In this document: positions 16,416 through 23,949 of the stretch, piece after piece
How the letters are laid out: every line of letters begins with the position of its first letter
Numbering within the stretch: position 1 is the stretch's first letter
Virus record (IMG/VR): IMGVR_UViG_3300031839_000053
Coordinates: 1-31,496 of that record
Reading direction: 5' to 3' (one strand)
DNA from: a virus
Lineage: Duplodnaviria; Caudoviricetes
DNA: 31,496 nt
Notes under the pieces: model-generated
What the model saw: only the letters and a program-made list of their open reading frames with translations
Database searches by the model: none
What the model was told of the DNA's origin: nothing
Position numbers and translations under genes: made by a program

Positions 16416-19400
16416 TTAACCGATGGACCCACGGGCTGCGTCTATAATATCACTAGGAACTTCGTCTAGACTTTGGTAATTAGTTCCGTTTTGCAGGTTA
16501 ATCGTGTTGAGTATTCCTGTATCATCCACGTTTCCTCCGGGTCTGCTGCCTCTAATTCTAGCCGCAACAGATGATGCCGTTATTGTTTTGTGGAACCCGC
16601 GAGGATCATTGTTAACGGCGGACAAACCTTTTACAAAGTAGTACGCTGCTGCTGTTTGTTCATCTTGAGACATTTGAAAACCCATGTCAGTGTTGATGTC
16701 CCTAGCAATGCGTCGTACTTCCTCTAGGACAGCAACCTGTGACTCAGGAGATGCCGTAAACTTTTGACGAAGGGCACTGAGTATGATGGCAACGTCTTGG
16801 TCAGATATCGTACGACCTCCTGTTCCACCCTGCATCGTTGCGGACAGTTCATACGCAAGAGATACGATGTATAGCTGACGAACAGCATACAATCTTTTTG
16901 TTTCGGTGTCTGCTGTTGCTGCTTCTTCAGCAATATCATCAATAATTTTGTTAATTTCAGCTTGAGCTTGGGCGTTTTCTTCGTTAAATGCTGCTGGGTT
17001 TACTTCACGTGCTTCTTCTAGGATGCGGGCCTTGTATTCATTGATGTTGTCCTTTATTGTGTTAGCTATTCCAGAAGCATTTCCATTTTTTAAGAATCCA
17101 GAAACTCTAGATACTGCTTCATCTCTCAAATAGAACAGCCCTCGTACAGTCAATTCTAGTTCACCCACTCCAGTGGATGCGCGATATGTTCCCGTTTCCG
17201 CATCGTACAAAGAATTAATTAACATACCGGAGTAGTCGATAACCTTGTTTGCGCTGAGTTGTTTTGCGCTTAGTGCAACAAAATTTCTGTCTGCAATGTT
17301 GGTGCTAAACTCACCAATGCCGTTTCGTTTTGCGGCATCTCTTAGTGCCGGAGGAACAAAAGTCGTGCCATCTAGCTGTGTGCTTTGTATGCTGGTTATA
17401 AACGGAACAACACCTATCACCGCGTCATTTAAACTACCAGCAGCCGTAACGTAGCTAGACATGTATTCAAAATCAGTTGCATTTGTTGTCTTGCCGTTTG
17501 CAGCATCTATAAACCGGGTAAGATATGTAATTTTAGCTCCTGATGTTTCATCCGTCCCTAGAACTTCGCTGTCAAAACTCATCAGCTTATCAACTAAGGG
17601 TTGCACTGGCTTAATCTGAACGATTGCATCCCCATTCTCATTTATTTGTGTTACGGGCCTACCGTCCGGACCAAACTCTTTATTCATCAAGTTGAGTAGA
17701 TTTAACTTGCTTTTGTTTTCTTCTGCTACTCCAGAATTTACAGCGTTCATTATGGGTATCAAGCGTTTTTTACAAAACTCACCATATTGTCCGGGCACAT
17801 TGCATCCTATCACAAGAGACTGTGCCCCGTTGTGAGTGGGAGTTGGTGCGTTGTTGTCATCATCCATAGTGGCTGGATTTGTGCTTGTTTCCGCAACAAT
17901 AGGAATTTCTCCGTGGTTTGCATTTTCACCTAATTGTTCGGTAATACTTTCTATTGATGAGCCTATTTTTTGTCGTTCTATATTGAACAGATACTTTTTC
18001 ATTCCGGGGATTTTTGCAAAGTTTGGATACATATCAAGAGTGTATTTAGTGACGCTTTTACCAGCCAAAATACTTACTCCAGTGTCCATCTTGCTTTGAG
18101 CTTCCATGCTTGATACATGCCCATAAATTAACGGACCAAACGCATTTATGTAGTCTTCTGATTGATTGTTGTCTATAAGCTGCTGAAGGTTTGATCCTTG
18201 AAGTTTAAGGTTCATTCGTGCTAACTGCACAGGCATGTCTAAGTCACTAGGTGCCCCAAGAAGAACTTCTGTTCCTTCTAGTAAAAAAGGCACGTTCATT
18301 TTACTACGCAGTAAAGCGAATTCAGTATTCTTTCGATCTCCAGTGTCTATGATTTCACGAGTTACGGGATCTACTTTAACTTCCCTTGACGAGAGGGCGA
18401 CACGTTTTTCGTCTTGAGTCAGTGTGCTTCCTAGCGCACCCTCCGTGGGAAGATTAGGACCAAAGTACAAAACGTCAGTACGAGCATCTGCTGGAGTTGT
18501 TTTCCTTTCAGCACCTGCTCCCTCTTCAGACCCTCCGTATTCGTACGTAGAATTATTTTGAAACATAAGCTTGAGTGCTGCAGGACTTTCCGCTTGCACT
18601 CTTTTACGCTCACCATTTTCAGTTACAAAACCGAAGTGAACAATTCCGCTTGGATACCTTATATCGCCAGATATAGTGCTACTAGGTTCACCGTTTAAAA
18701 ACTTTAGTGTTTTAGGGATAACGGTGACTTGATTTTCGGTTAAACTTCTTACCTGTAAATGCGCGGCAAGATCTGTAGGGCTTATGTCAGACAAAAATGA
18801 TCCGTCAGGAAATAGCACGTCAACTGCGCTTTTTTCAAATGTCACATCTTTTGGTGTGTATCGTTCGAATACGTCGATGCCAAGCACCTCGTTAGTGTAC
18901 TTATCTGTTGTAATTTTTTGTGCTTCGAACGCTACATCACTCCGAACGAGTCCTCTTTTTGCAAGAGCCGTGTCGAGTTCATCTTCCGTCACGTTACTTA
19001 ATTGCGTTGTTCCTCCGCTCTTTGTTGGAATCCACGCATCATAGACTATGTTAATTTCTTGACGGTTAGGATCTGGAACTCCGCTAAATTTCTTAGATGA
19101 GGATGGACCTAGAGGAGTGCCTCTACTGTCTACCTCTGTTGTTACCTCCATAATATCATTTCCTGTAGCTTCAGCTATAGGTCTAACTTGAGCTAGAGTT
19201 CCAGTAGTAATTTCATTATTCTCGTTTACAACAGATAAAACAGTCTTTTGCAAAGACCCTGCTACACGCTTGTACTCCTCATCGTTGAAGATTCTGTTAC
19301 CATTCTTCCTAGTCCGCTCACCGATAGAAATACCGGGATCGAATAGCAGCATGGCTTCAGGGCTTAACCGCCTTGATGCGTCTGCTGTAGCTTCATCTGC

Positions 19401-19865
19401 AGTCATAGGTGTCCCGCGTACGTTGTACAACGGTTTAGGAATATCTTCTAGATAGTCTGTATTTTTTAAGAAGGGTTGCCCTGTTGATCCCGGCTCAACT
19501 CCAATAGAAGTGGCTAACTGAGTCCATCCCTCTCCGGGAGGTAATTGTAATTGTGCGGGACCGTACGTAACAGATTTAATTTGGTTTCCCTTTCCCCACA
19601 TAATTGTGTGTACTTTTAACTCACGAGTCTTTCTAAGGTCGTCCCTCTCTTCTTTACGAATTGCTATGGCTTCATCTTGCGTCTTTAAAGCACTTTGTTT
19701 TTGTAAGTCAAAAGAAGCCTCTTGTCTTTTTAGATCTATGGCAGCTTCTTGTTCTCGTATGGCTTGAATTGCCTCTTGTTGGGCTAAATTAGCGGCAGCT
19801 TTTTGGTCTTTTTTCTGCCTATAATCTCCTGCAAGTGCAAGTCCTATTTCTAATATAGCTGACAT
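16416..19865 (-). CDS. Large probable internal virion/ejection protein (1149 aa)
   Basis: N-terminal charged coiled coil, C-terminal helical region with GRTISDQD; position among ejection genes. Confidence 0.62.
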   Translation of the reverse strand: MSAILEIGLALAGDYRQKKDQKAAANLAQQEAIQAIREQEAAIDLKRQEASFDLQKQSALKTQDEAIAIRKEERDDLRKTRELKVHTIMWGKGNQIKSVTYGPAQLQLPPGEGWTQLATSIGVEPGSTGQPFLKNTDYLEDIPKPLYNVRGTPMTADEATADASRRLSPEAMLLFDPGISIGERTRKNGNRIFNDEEYKRVAGSLQKTVLSVVNENNEITTGTLAQVRPIAEATGNDIMEVTTEVDSRGTPLGPSSSKKFSGVPDPNRQEINIVYDAWIPTKSGGTTQLSNVTEDELDTALAKRGLVRSDVAFEAQKITTDKYTNEVLGIDVFERYTPKDVTFEKSAVDVLFPDGSFLSDISPTDLAAHLQVRSLTENQVTVIPKTLKFLNGEPSSTISGDIRYPSGIVHFGFVTENGERKRVQAESPAALKLMFQNNSTYEYGGSEEGAGAERKTTPADARTDVLYFGPNLPTEGALGSTLTQDEKRVALSSREVKVDPVTREIIDTGDRKNTEFALLRSKMNVPFLLEGTEVLLGAPSDLDMPVQLARMNLKLQGSNLQQLIDNNQSEDYINAFGPLIYGHVSSMEAQSKMDTGVSILAGKSVTKYTLDMYPNFAKIPGMKKYLFNIERQKIGSSIESITEQLGENANHGEIPIVAETSTNPATMDDDNNAPTPTHNGAQSLVIGCNVPGQYGEFCKKRLIPIMNAVNSGVAEENKSKLNLLNLMNKEFGPDGRPVTQINENGDAIVQIKPVQPLVDKLMSFDSEVLGTDETSGAKITYLTRFIDAANGKTTNATDFEYMSSYVTAAGSLNDAVIGVVPFITSIQSTQLDGTTFVPPALRDAAKRNGIGEFSTNIADRNFVALSAKQLSANKVIDYSGMLINSLYDAETGTYRASTGVGELELTVRGLFYLRDEAVSRVSGFLKNGNASGIANTIKDNINEYKARILEEAREVNPAAFNEENAQAQAEINKIIDDIAEEAATADTETKRLYAVRQLYIVSLAYELSATMQGGTGGRTISDQDVAIILSALRQKFTASPESQVAVLEEVRRIARDINTDMGFQMSQDEQTAAAYYFVKGLSAVNNDPRGFHKTITASSVAARIRGSRPGGNVDDTGILNTINLQNGTNYQSLDEVPSDIIDAARGSIG

Positions 19866-19866
19866 A

Positions 19867-20415
19867 CTACTCTACCTTTTCTGTGGGCACGTTAAGAAAT
19901 GACTCAGAAGATGGTTTTTGTTGAGGATAAGTAACGGTAGCTCTCTCATCATTCGAACTAGCCATACGCTGTTCTTTGTTTATCATCTCGTTCATGGCGT
20001 CATACAACTCTGGGTTTCTATCCTTTGCAATCTCAAAGAACGTAGAATCCTCTACTTGTCCTTCCACTGGTTTTTCGTCAACAAACATTTGAGGTTCAAA
20101 CCCCTCTTGTAATGCCATGTCAACAAGAGTAATTCCTAGCGCGGGCTTGATAATTTCTGCCACGTCAGGTGTAAACGCTCCTGCCATAAATCCTTTAAAG
20201 GAAAGCTGTTCAACTAGCTCCTCCACAGTAATTCCAGCCAACATCATTTTCAACATGTCGTCACGAACAGGGCCGTTTGTCATCATCTCTACAGCGTAAT
20301 CAACAGCGTCATCCGGATTTGGAAACCGGGGTGGTTGCTCCCACTGCCATTTGCCGGGAGCATCTGTAAGAGAGTTTCCCGGAGGTACAGCAAGTGCTGT
20401 AATTTTATCCATCAT
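19867..20415 (-). CDS. Hypothetical virion-module protein
   Basis: 182-aa ORF coupled by TGATG; PGNSLT...WQWEQPP motif near the N-terminus. Confidence 0.7.
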   Translation of the reverse strand: MMDKITALAVPPGNSLTDAPGKWQWEQPPRFPNPDDAVDYAVEMMTNGPVRDDMLKMMLAGITVEELVEQLSFKGFMAGAFTPDVAEIIKPALGITLVDMALQEGFEPQMFVDEKPVEGQVEDSTFFEIAKDRNPELYDAMNEMINKEQRMASSNDERATVTYPQQKPSSESFLNVPTEKVE

Positions 20416-21020
20416 CAGCTTACGAGTCCTTTGTACTGCCTACGTTTTGCACTTGTAGTAGCGGCTAATCCTGCCGTTGACACAGAAGAACCGGTAGGTA
20501 ACCCTGAAGCTACAGGAAGGCCCATCATACGTACTTGTTTTGCAAGATATTGTCTCATGGCCTCACTGCCTAGAGCAGTACCAACTTGCCCATTATTACC
20601 GATTGGAAACTTGCCAGCTTGTCCCGCTTGAAAATTAGTGTCTGAACGAACTCCTGAAGCTTGTATTCCCCCAGCAGTGGGCATAGCATCAAATCTTTGT
20701 TGAGCAGTTAAAGCCCTTGCTCCTGCAGCTACCGCATCCCCTACGGGATCTAAAGTAAGTCCCGGAGTATACTTACTGGTAAGTGGCTGTAAAAATGAAC
20801 CAATCTTAGTTTCAGAAAACGGCGTAACACCCAAGTAATTAAAAGTCTTAGCCGCAAAGTTACCTCCGGAGTAACCCCCCGGTATGTATTTTCCTGTTGC
20901 AGTGTCGTATACAGACCCTATTTGATTTCCAAATATATACTCTCTACCTGCATATCCTGCAGCAGCAATTGCTGCAATTTTCAATGTTTTACCGCCTACA
21001 AGTTTAGAAAGCCAACTCAT
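20415..21020 (-). CDS. Probable small ejection protein (Gly/Ala-rich, hydrophobic N-terminus)
   Basis: MSWLSKLVGGKTLKIAAIAAAGYAG N-terminus; position in the internal-virion cluster. Confidence 0.55.
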   Translation of the reverse strand: MSWLSKLVGGKTLKIAAIAAAGYAGREYIFGNQIGSVYDTATGKYIPGGYSGGNFAAKTFNYLGVTPFSETKIGSFLQPLTSKYTPGLTLDPVGDAVAAGARALTAQQRFDAMPTAGGIQASGVRSDTNFQAGQAGKFPIGNNGQVGTALGSEAMRQYLAKQVRMMGLPVASGLPTGSSVSTAGLAATTSAKRRQYKGLVS

Positions 21021-21023
21021 TTG

Positions 21024-22370
21024 TTATCCCCAGATCTTATCAATTATTTCGTGTTTTAAGTAGTTATCATACTTCGTGTCGTACGCATCTGCATTAGCAG
21101 CAATCGCTGCAGACTGCATGGCAGCATTGTGTGCGCGGTCCTTTGCGTTTTCTGATATTTTCATTGTCCACGCAGCCTTGTCACGATACCTTTGCCACAA
21201 GTTGTTTAGTGCGTTTTGTTGAATACCCAACAAGTTCAGTGCATTTTGTCTGTTTGCTTCGTTTTGTGCAGCAGTGTTACGAGTGTTTACTGTGCGCCGC
21301 CACACGGCGTTGCTTTGATCTATTTCAAGGCGCATATTTGCGTTGAATTGGTCTGCCGCAACGTCCATTTGAGAATTAAACTGTGCGATTGCAACCTTTT
21401 GGTTTGAGTTAAACTGCTTAACAGCTATGTCACGGTTGATGTTTGACGCTTCAATCGACGCACCCATCTCTGCAAAAAACGTGTTGATTTCGTTTTCTGA
21501 CTTTGCGTTGAATTGTTTGGCTGCGTTGTCGGCAGCTTGGTCGGACAGCAACGCTTGTAGCTTGGACTGGTAGGTCAGGTTGTTGGACTGCTGTTCGTTT
21601 GTTACGTCTTGCATGTCCATAGAAAGAAACGCTTTGGCGTTGTTTACTGCAGCCTGTTGTCTGTTGTTAAGGTTAGCCATATCCATCTGCAGTACAGCGG
21701 CTGCGTTTTGCAAAGCAGCCTGTTGTTCATTGTTCAGGTTTTGCAGTTGAATAGTGGCGTACTTTTGTGCGTCTTGGGCTGCGATAGGAATACCAGACTC
21801 CATCATCGCTTGCATCGTAGCGGCTGCAGCCATAGAAGACGCACCCAAACCACGTTGCTGCATGACGGCTGTTACTTTACGGACAGCAGGTGCAGCCCAC
21901 GCAGGGGGAGGGCCACCCTCTTCAATACCCTTGAACAACTCTGCAAGTTGGTAGCGAGTAGTTGCTTTCGGGTCAAGTTCTTGGGTTGCTGCGGTAGCTA
22001 ATGCTTCGGGAGAAACAGTGCCCTGTGCAGCTTCCATCACAGACTCGTCGGATACTTTGCCCTTTGCAGCCGCTGCCGTACCAACTTCACCTGCTTTTTG
22101 TGTTGCGTCAAAGGTACCGGCGTCAAACGTAGTTGGTTTAGTTTGATCTGTGCTAGTTATAGCTGTAGGTTGAGTAACATCAGTAGGAGAATCAATCTGT
22201 TTTCCTGCAGTAGTGAGCAACTCGTTTGTTTGAACTGTTTGATCTTCGGGATCAATCGTGGCCCCAGTTGGAAGTTCAGAACTGGTTTTTGCCTGATCCT
22301 CCATCTGCTTTATAACATCTTTATCCGCCTGAGAGATGTTAACAATTTTGTCGTCTGTATCGTCTGACAT
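21024..22370 (-). CDS. Probable DNA pilot/ejection protein (Gln/Ala/Asn-rich coiled coil)
   Basis: RGLGASSMAAAA, then repeated NxxQQAAxxNA and QFN motifs typical of tube-forming ejection proteins. Confidence 0.6.
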   Translation of the reverse strand: MSDDTDDKIVNISQADKDVIKQMEDQAKTSSELPTGATIDPEDQTVQTNELLTTAGKQIDSPTDVTQPTAITSTDQTKPTTFDAGTFDATQKAGEVGTAAAAKGKVSDESVMEAAQGTVSPEALATAATQELDPKATTRYQLAELFKGIEEGGPPPAWAAPAVRKVTAVMQQRGLGASSMAAAATMQAMMESGIPIAAQDAQKYATIQLQNLNNEQQAALQNAAAVLQMDMANLNNRQQAAVNNAKAFLSMDMQDVTNEQQSNNLTYQSKLQALLSDQAADNAAKQFNAKSENEINTFFAEMGASIEASNINRDIAVKQFNSNQKVAIAQFNSQMDVAADQFNANMRLEIDQSNAVWRRTVNTRNTAAQNEANRQNALNLLGIQQNALNNLWQRYRDKAAWTMKISENAKDRAHNAAMQSAAIAANADAYDTKYDNYLKHEIIDKIWG

Positions 22371-22373
22371 CGC

Positions 22374-22574
22374 CTACCCTAACTTCATTACAACTGTAAT
22401 AATCAACGCTACCACGCCCACCGTAGACGCCATAATCAACGCCTCTAGACGCCACATACGCTTGTCTAGACCCTCTAGCTTTTCCTGCACAGCAGCATAG
22501 CGAATGGCGCACTCTTTTTCGTGTGCTTCAAGTTCCATTTGTGTTTTGAGTACGGGTTCCATTGTCATCTTCAT
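22374..22574 (-). CDS. Small coiled-coil protein with C-terminal transmembrane helix (XhlA/holin-like)
   Basis: HEKECAIRY...LDKRMWRLE followed by the hydrophobic segment ALIMASTVGVVALIITVVM. Confidence 0.6.
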   Translation of the reverse strand: MKMTMEPVLKTQMELEAHEKECAIRYAAVQEKLEGLDKRMWRLEALIMASTVGVVALIITVVMKLG

Positions 22575-22585
22575 TTAACCTGTTA

Positions 22586-23134
22586 CTATCTCCATCTTGG
22601 ACCTTCAAACCATGCGACTAAAGATTTTCTAACGCCCTTTGTCACGGGTGTTACTTGATGCTGTAGGTAGCTAGGAAATATTAATACCGTTCCTTTGGCT
22701 CTAGACTGCTTCGGAGGAGTCTCTACTTCTGTAAAAGAAAAGTTTCCACCCTCATAATCATTTGGGGAAGATAGCTGAACAGTTACCGATAGTTTTCTAT
22801 CAAATGCTTTAGTTGATTCCCAATTTATATCGTGGTGTAATCCGTAGTGTCCTTTTTCAGAAGCATGATACTCTGTATACTGTATGTCAGCTACCTGACA
22901 AACATCTACATTAAAAGCATTTCTATTAGCTTCTTGTACATACGCCCAAAGGATGTTTAAAACAAAAGAGTTTCCTGTAAGCCACTTAATGTTAGAACGT
23001 CTAACGTCCGGTATACTTTTTGCCCCAGCAAATACGGTGGCTTCTTGTTGTGGTACTGATTCGGTTTGTTGTTCTATTTCTTTAATGGTTTCTTCAGATA
23101 TTCCCGCACTCCACATTTGCCACGTATTTCTCAT
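22586..23134 (-). CDS. 2OG-Fe(II) oxygenase (prolyl 4-hydroxylase/PKHD-like)
   Basis: QYTEY...GHYGLHHD (HxD), RKLSVTVQLS...YEGG, IFPSYLQH (distal His) and VTKGVRKSLVAW (2OG-binding RxS). Confidence 0.92.
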   Translation of the reverse strand: MRNTWQMWSAGISEETIKEIEQQTESVPQQEATVFAGAKSIPDVRRSNIKWLTGNSFVLNILWAYVQEANRNAFNVDVCQVADIQYTEYHASEKGHYGLHHDINWESTKAFDRKLSVTVQLSSPNDYEGGNFSFTEVETPPKQSRAKGTVLIFPSYLQHQVTPVTKGVRKSLVAWFEGPRWR

Positions 23135-23136
23135 TT

Positions 23137-23502
23137 TTAATCCTCATAGGGGCTAGTACCGCAACACGAAGGCCAAGCGGCTTTTAATTCAGAAATTGTG
23201 GTAGCATCAGTTATTGCTTGCGTTGCAGGGGCATCACGAAGGGCTTGTTTGGAACTTACAATACTAGAAGTATCTGCAGAAGCCTCTAAAGCCCTCATGT
23301 AATCAGTATCAAGAGATTGTAACAAAGCTTTTCTTACATACCTAATTTCTTCTTTCATCATAGTTTTGGCAATAGCAAGGTCTTCACTAATTACGTCACC
23401 AGACAAACTCCAAGCATCCCGGAAGTGCCTGTCAGACGGTAGTGTGACAGCAGACGCATCTGCACTATTTCCATCTTTGTCGATGACATAGGTCGTGGTC
23501 AT
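23137..23502 (-). CDS. Probable tail fibre assembly chaperone
   Basis: LPSDRHFRDAW...IRYVRKALL..LD..YMRALE...KQALRDAP...WP resembles Tfa-like C-terminal motifs; AGGAG RBS; downstream of the fibre. Confidence 0.65.
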   Translation of the reverse strand: MTTTYVIDKDGNSADASAVTLPSDRHFRDAWSLSGDVISEDLAIAKTMMKEEIRYVRKALLQSLDTDYMRALEASADTSSIVSSKQALRDAPATQAITDATTISELKAAWPSCCGTSPYED

Positions 23503-23517
23503 TGTGTTTTCTCCTGT

Positions 23518-23949
23518 TTATGCGGCTATGCGCCAAGCGTTGCGCCACTCTCTTGTGGGCGGCAGTTGTGATTTGCGACATATCACCATCTTGGGTTTAT
23601 TGCCTTCATTCCATGTTTCCCAGATGTGTCTTGGGATATCGACTTGAACAAGCCACTCGATGGCTTGCTCTTCGGTCAAAGGACCCATCGGCTCCGTTTC
23701 GTGTAACAAATGGCCGTTGAAGTCATGGTGGCTGGTGAAGTCTGGACGTTGTTCATCTTCCTTGAGTTGTAACTTTACCCATGCTGGGGGCATGATACCC
23801 CCGTGCATCAGAGCCGCCATGCAGTTAGGGTCTGGGTGCAAGACAGCAGCGCAGTCCATGTCCACGTCTTCGTAGACGACCACATATTCAGTGCGGTGTG
23901 GCTTGAGGTTGTTTTTGGCCCAGTCGATACGGTCAATCAGCTTAGTCAT
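23518..23949 (-). CDS. Tail-fibre-associated hypothetical protein
   Basis: TAATG-coupled to the fibre; ends LPPTREWRNAW, echoing LPSDRHFRDAW of the next gene. Confidence 0.65.
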   Translation of the reverse strand: MTKLIDRIDWAKNNLKPHRTEYVVVYEDVDMDCAAVLHPDPNCMAALMHGGIMPPAWVKLQLKEDEQRPDFTSHHDFNGHLLHETEPMGPLTEEQAIEWLVQVDIPRHIWETWNEGNKPKMVICRKSQLPPTREWRNAWRIAA

